DNA of 55,744 bases from a virus (lineage: Duplodnaviria; Caudoviricetes), in the IMG/VR virus record IMGVR_UViG_3300033076_001147, positions 1-55,744 of that record, one strand, 5' to 3'. The notes beneath the pieces were generated by a model. It was not told the DNA's origin. It saw only the letters and a list, made by a program, of their open reading frames with translations, and did no database searches. Positions within the stretch are counted from its first letter, which is position 1, and each line of letters opens with the position of its first letter. Positions 26,029 through 35,120 of the stretch are shown here, in pieces. The position numbers and the translations under genes were made by a program.

Positions 26029-26948
26029 GACCCGCTCCGGAGACACCCCTCCTCATCGCAAAGGGCTCGCGCGGGCGCATCGTCGCCGAGCTGCAGCGCG
26101 CACTGGACGTCACCGCCGACGGCGTGTGCGGCCCGGTCACGATGGGCGCAGCGTTCGCTGCGCTCCAGCGACAGACGATCGCGCTGGACATTGGAGACCT
26201 CTGGGAGCTCGGCGTGGACATCCACCTTGGCGTGGACCTGTCGGGCCACAACGAGGGCGGCGGCAAAGCCCTTGTCGACTTCCGCAAACTCAAGGCGGCA
26301 GGCGTCACGTTCGCGATCCTCAAGCTGACCGAGGGCAACAGCTACACCAACACCGAGGCCGCACGGCAAGTCGGCGCCGCCCGTGACGCCGGCATCAGGG
26401 TGGGGGGCTACCACTTCGCCGACCCGTCCACCGACCGCAGGGGGCAGACGCGTGACGCGCTGCTTGCCGACGCTCGCGCCGAGGCCGACCGCTACCTCAA
26501 CGCCGCGTCCAGGCTCTTCGGCGCCCAAGGCCCCGACATCATCGACTGGCTCGACGTCGAGGCGGGCTACCTGTCCAAGCTCCGACAGATGTGGGCCGCG
26601 TCGCCGCTCGGCCGGTCGGGCGCCGCGCGCGCAGAGGCAACCGCGGCTTGGTGCAAGGCGTGGCTCGAAGCCGTGCCTGCAGCCGGCATCTACACCGCTC
26701 GCTGGGCCGTGCAGGCGTACCTGTCGGCGGCGCCCGCTGCCGCGCTGCAGGCGCTGACCGTTCGCCCGCTCTGGCTCGCCAGCTACAACGCCGGCGCTGA
26801 GCCAACGCGCCCGCTGCCGCACCCCTGGCGCCCCTACCACGCCTGGCAGTGCTCGGGCTCTGGCGGGCTCCCTGGCGTTGACGGCAAGGTCGACCTCAAC
26901 ATCGCGCTGGGGTCTGACCTCCGCGCGCTGCTTCGGCGCCGCGCGTGA
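26025..26948 (+). CDS. endolysin: peptidoglycan-binding domain plus GH25 muramidase
   Basis: LQRALDVTADGVCGPVT; GVDLS, GGYHF, LDVE (DxE), WQ, VDLN. Confidence 0.9.
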   Translation: MRPAPETPLLIAKGSRGRIVAELQRALDVTADGVCGPVTMGAAFAALQRQTIALDIGDLWELGVDIHLGVDLSGHNEGGGKALVDFRKLKAAGVTFAILKLTEGNSYTNTEAARQVGAARDAGIRVGGYHFADPSTDRRGQTRDALLADARAEADRYLNAASRLFGAQGPDIIDWLDVEAGYLSKLRQMWAASPLGRSGAARAEATAAWCKAWLEAVPAAGIYTARWAVQAYLSAAPAAALQALTVRPLWLASYNAGAEPTRPLPHPWRPYHAWQCSGSGGLPGVDGKVDLNIALGSDLRALLRRRA

Positions 26949-27466
26949 CGGCCTGGGCCGATACTGTCCTGGGCAGCCTACAGGACACCATCGCCGACCT
27001 CCGCGGGCTTCACGAGGAGTTCGGGACGCGGCGTTATCGCGTGTTCCTTGTGTGGGAGGCGTGGAGCGGCTCTCAGGTGGGCAGCGGCGAGCCGTCTACT
27101 ACGGAGCACGAATTGCTGCCGGTCCCCGACGTCATGGACGAGGAGCAGCTCCGGCTCCGGTTCGCCAGCTCGGGCGCCTACCGCGAGGGCGAGTGGCGAC
27201 TGCGCGAGATCGGCCCAGTGGACCCGCGCATCCCTGGCGAGGCCATCACCGCCCAACTCCTCGCCGGGCAGACCCTCCCAGGCGAGAACACGCCCAACCT
27301 CCCGGCCAACGTGACGTTCCGCTACGAGCTTCGCCCCATCCAGCCCGGCGCGCGCACCCTCCGCATGAAGCCGAGCGGGGACCCGTACCGAACGCCCGTC
27401 GACTGGGGCGTCTCGCTGACGCACCTGACGTCAGACGGCCCCGGAGCAGGCGTCGCGGCGTGGTGA
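26945..27466 (+). CDS. head closure/neck protein
   Basis: Synteny and coupled start. Confidence 0.5.
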   Translation: MTAWADTVLGSLQDTIADLRGLHEEFGTRRYRVFLVWEAWSGSQVGSGEPSTTEHELLPVPDVMDEEQLRLRFASSGAYREGEWRLREIGPVDPRIPGEAITAQLLAGQTLPGENTPNLPANVTFRYELRPIQPGARTLRMKPSGDPYRTPVDWGVSLTHLTSDGPGAGVAAW

Positions 27467-27966
27467 AGGCAGACCACCAAACGGGCGCTCTGTCGGCAGC
27501 GATGCGAGCCTGGGTCGCGCAGAACAGGGGGGCGGCTGTCGTTGCGATGCGGCAGGCTGCCGAGCGCGCAAAGTCCCTGTACGTCTCGCGTACGAGCGAA
27601 CTGCGCGTCGTGGACACCGGGCGGCTCAAGTCGTCGTTCCTGGTTGAGAAGCTGCCTGATGGCGCCATGCTCGCCAACGCAGCCCCATACTTCGTGGTCA
27701 TGGACGAGGGGCGTCGAGCAGGCGCGAAAGCGCCGCCGCTGGAGCCCATCCTGCAGTGGGTCCTCAGGAAGCGCCTCACTGGCTACGCCAGGGCCAAGAC
27801 CAAGAAGCAGCCGGACCTGATGAAGCAGGCGCGCAGCATCGCATTCCTCATCCGGCGCAGCATCGCCAGGAAGGGCATCAAGCCGCGCGGCATCGTCACC
27901 GGAACTGGCGTGCAAGCCACCGTGTGGAGCTTCGTCGAGCAGGCCATGAGGGAGGCGGCGTCATGA
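27463..27966 (+). CDS. HK97 gp10-like neck/tail completion protein
   Basis: VDTGRLKSS, APY...EG and IARKGIKPR motifs. Confidence 0.7.
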   Translation: MKADHQTGALSAAMRAWVAQNRGAAVVAMRQAAERAKSLYVSRTSELRVVDTGRLKSSFLVEKLPDGAMLANAAPYFVVMDEGRRAGAKAPPLEPILQWVLRKRLTGYARAKTKKQPDLMKQARSIAFLIRRSIARKGIKPRGIVTGTGVQATVWSFVEQAMREAAS

Positions 27967-28655
27967 GCGACATCCCGGCAGGCTACCCGCTGAGCGGGCG
28001 CGTAGACGAGGACCTTGCGCTGAGGATCGGCCTCTGCCGGCTCCTCTGCCGCACGTTCGCGCTCGCGTCAGGAACGGTCACCGGCTACATCGCCGACGGC
28101 TCTGACGGGCCGGCGGCACCCCCGCCGAACCCTCTGTCGCTCTACCCCGAGTGGCCCCAGGGCACCGTCCAGCAGACGCTCCCGAGCGCGACCATCCTCG
28201 ACGCTGTCGGGACCTACAGCGACGTCAAGGGCACGCTCGACGAGACGCCCATCGAGGAGGGCGGGACGTACTGGGAGGAGGGGCCGCATGGCGTCGCCTT
28301 GCTGACGTGCGGCGAGTACGAGGTTCCTCTGAGCATCCTTGTCGCGCACGACACCGGGCCGGGCCGAGCGGCCCTTATGGCCGGCATCCGGGGCGCCCTG
28401 ACCCCTGGCGAGGACGAGCGCGACTCCGTCGTTGTCGATCTCGGGGACCTTTACTGGGGGCGCCGGGCACGCTACCGCCTGACCGGCATCGAGCGCCGGG
28501 ACGCCGAGGACGCAGCCGGCCAGAACCGGCGCGTCGCCATCCTGTCCGTGAGGGCTTCCATCGCCGCCGTCAAGCCTGTAGCTTCCGACGTGCTGCGGCA
28601 CACCGAGTTCGTCGACCCAGCCGACCCCGATGGGAAGCTCCTCCCCGTCACCTAA
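27963..28655 (+). CDS. tail terminator-like protein
   Basis: Position immediately before the sheath gene. Confidence 0.5.
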   Translation: MSDIPAGYPLSGRVDEDLALRIGLCRLLCRTFALASGTVTGYIADGSDGPAAPPPNPLSLYPEWPQGTVQQTLPSATILDAVGTYSDVKGTLDETPIEEGGTYWEEGPHGVALLTCGEYEVPLSILVAHDTGPGRAALMAGIRGALTPGEDERDSVVVDLGDLYWGRRARYRLTGIERRDAEDAAGQNRRVAILSVRASIAAVKPVASDVLRHTEFVDPADPDGKLLPVT

Positions 28656-28670
28656 GCCCAGGAGGCCCCG

Positions 28671-30896
28671 ATGCCGCCCGTCCGCGTATACAGCCAGCTT
28701 CCGGCCCTTGCCGAGATCCAGAAGATCAACGGCCCTATCGTCATCGAGCAGTCGAACGGCAACTCGTTTACCGCCCAGAACGTCGGCGTGCTGTGCGTCG
28801 TCGGCGAGACGCTCAAGGGGCCACCGAACGTCCCGACCGAGGTGACGCTGTCGGATCTCATCGACACGTTCGGCGGCTTCAACCCCTACGTCGGAGACGG
28901 CGCGGCCTACGGCTACGACGGCTCCGTGTTCATGGCACTGGCCGGCGGCGGGCAGGCGAGCCGGCTCGTCGTGGTCGCCGTGGAGGACCGCGTCGGGCAG
29001 GTGACGCTGAGCCGCGAGGCGCCCGGCTACGCCACGCTCACGTCGACCAACGTCGGCCCGTTCACCCTCGCCGACGGCGACACGTTCACGGTCGCCATCG
29101 AGGGCCCCGTTACCGACGGCACCGCGACCATCCAGGCGGAAGCCTGCTCGGTCGAGAGCAGCAACGCCGAGACGTTCAACTTGACCACCGTGGGCAACCG
29201 TACGCTCACCCTGGCCGTGAACGGCGGCCCCGCGCAGAGCGCGACCATCACGACCGGCGACGTGTCCAACATCGCCGCCGTGACGGCTGAGGAAATCGCC
29301 GCCTGGGCCAACGCGGCCTTCACCGGCGTCTCCGTCCAGGCGACGAGCACCGGGACCAAGGTGACGTTCACGACGGACCGCGAGGGCCTGTCGGCATCGC
29401 TCCAGTTCGGCGGCGCCATGCGGTCCATCCTCGGCTTCGTCTCGACGCTCATCCAGGCGTCGCAAGACCCTGCGGACAACAACGTGCAGGACGTGTCGGC
29501 CGTCACGACGGACGAATTGGTCGACCTCCTGTCGGCCCAGCTCTCCGACGTCACGCCGAGCAACGTCGGCGGCGCGCTTCGCCTGACCCGCAACGCGGCG
29601 GGCTCGGGCGCCACCATGACGCTCTCGGGCAGCATCCCAGGCGCGCCCTCTGGCGACGTCTCGTTCGCGTCGCTGTCGGCCTCTGGAGGCACCGGCACGG
29701 CCGAGCCCGGCACGCTGAACGCCGGCCTGCGCGTCAGCGACGGCGGCAGCAACGTGTTCATGCTGGCCGAGGACGTGACGTTCGACGAGGACGTGCTGGA
29801 GGCCACGGCGTACATCCGGCAGGTATCCGGAACGACCGTGGCGGCCGCAGCCATCGACACCATCGTGGACGATGACCTCGTCCCGGCGACCATCGTTGGG
29901 CTGTCCGTGACCAACGCGGACGGCACGACGGCCAAGCCGTCGAGCGAGTCGGGCTGGGCTGCCGTCTACCAGACGGCCCTCGACACGCTGCTCGCCAACA
30001 CGGCGCCGGCCAACATCGTCAACATCGTCGTGGCCGCCCGGCACGGCGTCGCCGGAGTCGCCGCCGGCTCGCTCCAGGGGCGCATCCAGAAGGCCCTGAC
30101 CGACCACTGCATCGAGGCGTCGGCCAACGGATTCCTCCGCTCGACGCCGGTCTCGCCGCCGAACGCGACGCCGAAAGCGACGGCCCGAGGGAGCAGCGGC
30201 ATCGGCGTCGCCTCGACGACGGCAGGCGGCCGTAGCGCCCGCCGCTGGTACGCGTGGCCCGGCACCCGGAAATACGTGCAGGAGCTGGTCCAGGCGGACC
30301 CGACGAGCGACGGGCTGGTGGACTGGCCGAGCGACATCGCGCTTGGGCAGCTCCTCTCCATGCTGAGCCCCTACCTGTCCGCGGCCGAGCCGACGGACTA
30401 CATGCGGCAGGTCCTCGACCTGGAGTCGTACTACACGGCCGAGGGCGCCGGGGGCGCCCTGACGCCCGGCGACTACATCACGAACAAGGCCTCCGGCATC
30501 ATCTCGCCGGTCATCGACAACGTGAACGGCCCCGTCTTCGACTCGCAGGCGACGTCCGTCAACCCGGCCGTCGACCCGGCGGCCGCGGACATCAGCGAGC
30601 GGCGAACCCGTGACTGGATCGAGCTGGCGCTCGTCAACGGCGTCGCCAAGAAGCAGTCGAAGCTGAACACGCCGACGCGACGTCGAGCCGTCATCACCGA
30701 CCTCAACGCCTTCCTCAAGGGACTGAAGGACCGCGAGGAGATCGCCAACTACGTCGTCCGCGAGTCCACGCCGGCAAGCCTCAAGGGCAAGGGCGTGCTC
30801 GTCATCACCGTCGGCGTTCAGACGCTCGACCATCTCGACAACATCATTTTCAGCGTGACCGTCGGCAAGACGGTGGACGTCAAGGCCCTGGCGTAA
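28671..30896 (+). CDS. contractile tail sheath protein
   Basis: 741 aa; VGETLKGP..VPT...FGG N-terminus and ISERRTRDWI C-terminal motif. Confidence 0.88.
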   Translation: MPPVRVYSQLPALAEIQKINGPIVIEQSNGNSFTAQNVGVLCVVGETLKGPPNVPTEVTLSDLIDTFGGFNPYVGDGAAYGYDGSVFMALAGGGQASRLVVVAVEDRVGQVTLSREAPGYATLTSTNVGPFTLADGDTFTVAIEGPVTDGTATIQAEACSVESSNAETFNLTTVGNRTLTLAVNGGPAQSATITTGDVSNIAAVTAEEIAAWANAAFTGVSVQATSTGTKVTFTTDREGLSASLQFGGAMRSILGFVSTLIQASQDPADNNVQDVSAVTTDELVDLLSAQLSDVTPSNVGGALRLTRNAAGSGATMTLSGSIPGAPSGDVSFASLSASGGTGTAEPGTLNAGLRVSDGGSNVFMLAEDVTFDEDVLEATAYIRQVSGTTVAAAAIDTIVDDDLVPATIVGLSVTNADGTTAKPSSESGWAAVYQTALDTLLANTAPANIVNIVVAARHGVAGVAAGSLQGRIQKALTDHCIEASANGFLRSTPVSPPNATPKATARGSSGIGVASTTAGGRSARRWYAWPGTRKYVQELVQADPTSDGLVDWPSDIALGQLLSMLSPYLSAAEPTDYMRQVLDLESYYTAEGAGGALTPGDYITNKASGIISPVIDNVNGPVFDSQATSVNPAVDPAAADISERRTRDWIELALVNGVAKKQSKLNTPTRRRAVITDLNAFLKGLKDREEIANYVVRESTPASLKGKGVLVITVGVQTLDHLDNIIFSVTVGKTVDVKALA

Positions 30897-30920
30897 GCCG
30901 GCCGGCGGGAGGGCAGGAAC

Positions 30921-31367
30921 ATGGCGAAATCCGACATCATGGTCCGCGGCGAGGACGTCATCGTCCGGGCCACTGTGGACGGCTCCGAGGTGCTCAGCAT
31001 CGACAAGATCCTGAGCATGAGCGGCACCGTCCGAATCGACAACCCGGAGTCCGAGTTCCTCGGACAGGTTGGCGTCAGCGTCGACATGATCATCAAGGGC
31101 GCGGACGGCACCATCGAGTTCCAGTTCAACGACCAGTCCGTGTTCGACTTCGTGCAGCTGCTCATCGACGCGGCGGCGCGACGCGTGGCCTTCCCGACCA
31201 TCAACATGCAGGCGCAGATCCTGTTCCCCGACGGCTCGGCCCGCGTGATGCTGTTCACCGACTGCGTTTTCGGGAACATCCCCGTGGCCGTCCCGAGCCG
31301 GTCGAGCTACGCCAAGCTCACGCTGACGTGGCGCAGCGGGCAGCCGCCGAGCTTCCCGGTGGCGTGA
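30921..31367 (+). CDS. tail tube protein
   Basis: 148 aa beta-rich protein after the sheath. Confidence 0.75.
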   Translation: MAKSDIMVRGEDVIVRATVDGSEVLSIDKILSMSGTVRIDNPESEFLGQVGVSVDMIIKGADGTIEFQFNDQSVFDFVQLLIDAAARRVAFPTINMQAQILFPDGSARVMLFTDCVFGNIPVAVPSRSSYAKLTLTWRSGQPPSFPVA

Positions 31368-31408
31368 CGCCGGTGTAGGCTCCTCCGGCAACCCAAGGAG
31401 GAGTCCCC

Positions 31409-31855
31409 GTGCTACCCGCCAAGAAACCCCGCATCGTCCACACCTACACCATCCCCGCCATCGGCCAGCCCGTCGCGACAACGACTCCGCGGCCGGCAGA
31501 CCTCTCCAAGGAGGCGCCCTGGCCGCCGCCCTACACGGGGCAGGACCCGTGGGATGGCCAGGAGCCGCTCGTCCGGACCATCGGCATCGTCGCACTCACC
31601 GGCGACGAGGAGGACGCCTGCTTTCGGTCGGCGGCCGGCGACAGCCGGAAGGCCCAGCGGGCGCTGGTCGTCGCTTCGCTCAAGCTCGTCGACGGGCGAC
31701 CCGTGGAGACCATCAGCTTCGAGGGCGAGAACCTCTGGGCCAAGGTGACGCCTCAGGTCCGCGAACTGTGGCTCTGGGCCTACAACCGCCACAACACGGC
31801 CGAGCGCGGGCTACTGGACTCGTTTCGCGCCTCGTACACCGTCGAGGCGAGCTGA
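31409..31855 (+). CDS. tail assembly chaperone (G-like)
   Basis: Lies between tube and tape measure genes. Confidence 0.65.
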   Translation: MLPAKKPRIVHTYTIPAIGQPVATTTPRPADLSKEAPWPPPYTGQDPWDGQEPLVRTIGIVALTGDEEDACFRSAAGDSRKAQRALVVASLKLVDGRPVETISFEGENLWAKVTPQVRELWLWAYNRHNTAERGLLDSFRASYTVEAS

Positions 31856-32072
31856 GCCCGGAGACGGGCCGGCAAGGCTGCTCGTCGAGCTGCTCGACCC
31901 GACAGAGGCCATCGCCGCGCGCGTGGACATCCTGCTCCGGCAGGTTCACGTCTTGCGGAAGGTGTGCGGCTTCACACACCAAGACGCGATGGCGCTGACG
32001 CTTTCCGAGCGGTGCGATTGGATCGGCATCAGCAACGCCATGAACGACGAGGCGGCCGCCCGGACGCCATAG
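31824..32072 (+). CDS. tail chaperone extension (T-like), probably reached by +1 frameshift
   Basis: Open +1 frame LLVELLDP...AMALTLSERCDW; TCG TTT CGC at 31820-31828. Confidence 0.55.
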   Translation, partial: FAPRTPSRRAEPGDGPARLLVELLDPTEAIAARVDILLRQVHVLRKVCGFTHQDAMALTLSERCDWIGISNAMNDEAAARTP

Positions 32073-32106
32073 CAGCCGCCCGGCCGCGCTGCTATGGTGC
32101 CCGAGC

Positions 32107-34008
32107 ATGGAAGCACGCTTCGAGCAACGGTTTCTCGTCGTCGATGACGAGGCGACGTCGGCCAAGCTCGACAAGCTGGCCCGCAAGACCGACACCCTGA
32201 CCGAGTCGTTCGGCGAGGCCGGACAAGCCGCAGAGCGGCTTGAGCAGCACCTCGGCAACCGCCTCGGCAAGGCCACCGACACGTTCCGCGCGGGGACGAG
32301 CGGGCAGCCGCCGCTGGCGAAGTGGCTGGCGCCTCCAGAAGTCATCGAGGCCACGGACAAGGCTGCGCACTCTGTCGGAGGCCTCGCAGGCGAGGTCGGG
32401 AGCCTCAAGTCGGCGGCCATCGGGCTCGGGGCCACCTTCGCCGCCTGGGGGCTGCAGAGCCTCGCCGACGAGGCTGCGGCCGGCGCGTTCGAGATCCGCA
32501 AGGTTGCGCTCACTATGGGTGTCGGCGTCGAAGCGGCCGACAACATCGAGGACGCCTTCACGCGAGCCGGGCTTGCCGTCTCGGAGGCGGGCGAGAGCGT
32601 GGCGAAGTGGTCGATGGCCGTCAGGACCATCCGAAGCGGCGCCGAGCTACCTCGTGAGATGGCAGCCTGGGGTCAACTCACCAAGGAGCAGCTCGCCAGC
32701 TACCCGGCGGCCCTAGAGGCCATCGCGGCGAAACTCCGCGGCGTCACCAGCGAACAGGACAAGCTCATCCTGGCGTCCGGGTTCTTCGGCGAGTCGGCGC
32801 GAAAGCTCCTGCCGCTGCTCGACCAGGGGCCGGAAGCGATCCGACAGGCGGCCTCTGGCGATGGGGCCTTCTACACGGAGGGCATCGTCCGCCGGTCGGA
32901 GGAGTACCGCGTCAAGATGCTCCAGGTGCGCGACACCTGGGACGACATCAAGACAACCGTCGCGATGGAGCTCTACCCCATCATCGAGCGAACGGCCGAC
33001 CGTGTCATGCCTGTCCTGTCGACCGGGGCCGAGGCCCTGAGCGCGGCGCTCAAGTTCGCGTCGGAGAACGCGACGCTCATCGAGGGCGCGCTGGCTGGCG
33101 CCGCCGGCTACGCGGCGACGATGTCTCTATCGGGCGGCGGCGGGCTGCTCTCTGGAGCGGCGTCGCTCCTGACCAAGAACCCACTCCTGGCCGGCGCGGC
33201 CGGCATCGGCTCTGCGTTGTTCGGCATCGGTTCGTGGATGCTGGACGACTTGCGGAGCGCGGGCGGGCAGAAGTCGACGCTGTGGGAGGACGCGGGGCGC
33301 GAGTTCGCGATGGCCGAGTCCAGGCAGCGGGCAGAGGCCCGGAGGGCAGAGGCTGAGGCGGCGGCGGCGAAGGCGGCCGAGCGCGAGACCGAGGCGCTCG
33401 CCAAGTTGACCAAGGCCACCGGGCTCACCGCTGAGCAGCTCGGGGGCTTGGGCATGAGCGCGAGCCAGCTCGTCTCCGACTTCCAGGCTGGCGGACAGGC
33501 GATCAAGCTGGCGAGCTACCAAGCCCGAGCGGCAGAGGCCGGCGCAAAAGCCGACGCGGCCGAGCAGGACGTTGAGTTCCTGCGTCGCGTTGGCGGGCTC
33601 GTCGGTCGCGTGAAGGCGGCCAAGGGCTCAGGCACCTACGCCGACCTGGAGCGGGAGTTCGAGGCTGGCGAGCGCGCTGCGCGCATCAGGGCCCTCGAAA
33701 TGCAAGGCGGCACCTACGTCCTCGGCCGAGGGCGCCTCCCGGCCGAGCAGGAGAAGGACATCGAGGCGGCGCGTTACGCCATCCGGGCGCTGCGCCTCGC
33801 CGAGGCGGAAGCCGAACGCGCGAAGCTGACGAAGCTCCTGGAGTCGGGCCGACCGCTTGTCCAGAACAACTTCAACGGCCCCATCAGCAACCAGTTCGAC
33901 CTCCGCGGCGAGGACCCTGACCGTGTGGCCTTCGCTGTTACAGAGGGCATGGCGAAGGCCGCGCGCGAGCGCACGACAAGCCGGTTCACGCCGGTCGGGG
34001 TGCAGTAA
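32107..34008 (+). CDS. tape measure protein
   Basis: Ala/Gly-rich helical protein with FFGESARKLLPLL; possible extended -10 TGcTATGGT just upstream. Confidence 0.82.
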   Translation: MEARFEQRFLVVDDEATSAKLDKLARKTDTLTESFGEAGQAAERLEQHLGNRLGKATDTFRAGTSGQPPLAKWLAPPEVIEATDKAAHSVGGLAGEVGSLKSAAIGLGATFAAWGLQSLADEAAAGAFEIRKVALTMGVGVEAADNIEDAFTRAGLAVSEAGESVAKWSMAVRTIRSGAELPREMAAWGQLTKEQLASYPAALEAIAAKLRGVTSEQDKLILASGFFGESARKLLPLLDQGPEAIRQAASGDGAFYTEGIVRRSEEYRVKMLQVRDTWDDIKTTVAMELYPIIERTADRVMPVLSTGAEALSAALKFASENATLIEGALAGAAGYAATMSLSGGGGLLSGAASLLTKNPLLAGAAGIGSALFGIGSWMLDDLRSAGGQKSTLWEDAGREFAMAESRQRAEARRAEAEAAAAKAAERETEALAKLTKATGLTAEQLGGLGMSASQLVSDFQAGGQAIKLASYQARAAEAGAKADAAEQDVEFLRRVGGLVGRVKAAKGSGTYADLEREFEAGERAARIRALEMQGGTYVLGRGRLPAEQEKDIEAARYAIRALRLAEAEAERAKLTKLLESGRPLVQNNFNGPISNQFDLRGEDPDRVAFAVTEGMAKAARERTTSRFTPVGVQ

Positions 34009-35120
34009 TGGCGTTCGTTCAAGGCGTCGGCATCGTGGACACGGCGACGTCGCTCTCGCGCGCAGGCGCGACAGGCAGCGACGTTGTCATCGCCGAGCGA
34101 GGCGGCCGACGGCGCGTGTTCCGGCTTTCCAAGGAGGCCAGACCCACGCAGGGCCTTGAGGTCGAGCGGTTCACGGCTCAGAGCGTCACGCGCTCGCAGG
34201 GCTCCATCGACGCGACGGTGCAGAAGTTCTATCCGGGCTGGGCGCCAATCGTTCTCAGGGGACAGTGGCGCACCGTCTGGCTTGGGCGCGGGCTCCTGAC
34301 GGTCGAGGAGGGCGGCGCCAGGACCACCCTCTCGAACACCCGGGATGCCGAGGCCGCGTTCAACTCCCTCTGGGTCGAGGGCCAGGACTGCGACTTCCGC
34401 TGGGAGACGCAGACATTCCGAGTGTCCATCGAGCGGTTCAAGACCCGTTGGATCAGGGTCGAGGACGCCGACTGGGAGCTGGCCTTGACCGTCATCGGGC
34501 CGGGCTCGACGGCGCCACCGAACGAGTACGCGAGCGAGTTCGACGTCATCACGTCGACCGGGACACTGTACGCGCAGGTCAGCGGTTGGCTCTCGACGGC
34601 CAAGGCGGCCATCGCCGGCATCGCGGCCTACGAGCGAGCGGCGAACAGCCACCTCGACCGCATCGCGCGCCTCAACACCGAGCTGTCCACCGTCGTGAGC
34701 AGCGCGGCCGACGTGGCAACCGCGCCGGCCCGCATCGCCGGGCGCGTGGAGGCGACGTGCCGGAGCATCGCGAGCGCCTGGGGCGCGGCCGTCACGGCGG
34801 TCAACGCTGTCGGCGCTGCCTACGCCTCGGACGGCTCGACCGTAGGCAGGGCGCGCGTCGACGCGGCCCAGGCGTCGTTCACTGGGACCGCCAGGGCCGG
34901 AGCGGCCGGAGCGTTCCTGCTGGCGCGGGCGGCGCGGCGCTCGACGGGCTCGACCATCGCCCGTGTCGTCACGGCGAGCGCGGAGACGGACCTGAGACGC
35001 CTCGCCGCGCAGTACCTCGGCGATGCCTCGGCTTGGCAGGAGATCGCCAAGGCATCCGGCCTCTCGGCGCCGAAGCCGCCCGTGGGCTCAACCATCCTCA
35101 TCCCTCGGCGGAACCCGTGA
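34008..35120 (+). CDS. tail tube initiator/baseplate protein with C-terminal LysM-like domain
   Basis: DLRRLAAQYLGDASAWQEIA...GSTILIP. Confidence 0.7.
   Translation: MAFVQGVGIVDTATSLSRAGATGSDVVIAERGGRRRVFRLSKEARPTQGLEVERFTAQSVTRSQGSIDATVQKFYPGWAPIVLRGQWRTVWLGRGLLTVEEGGARTTLSNTRDAEAAFNSLWVEGQDCDFRWETQTFRVSIERFKTRWIRVEDADWELALTVIGPGSTAPPNEYASEFDVITSTGTLYAQVSGWLSTAKAAIAGIAAYERAANSHLDRIARLNTELSTVVSSAADVATAPARIAGRVEATCRSIASAWGAAVTAVNAVGAAYASDGSTVGRARVDAAQASFTGTARAGAAGAFLLARAARRSTGSTIARVVTASAETDLRRLAAQYLGDASAWQEIAKASGLSAPKPPVGSTILIPRRNP

Noticed and set aside
28068-31595. Long minus-strand ORFs (1175 aa here; also 21913-24594 and 52022-53758)
   Set aside because: Antisense shadows of GC3-biased genes, with no motifs.
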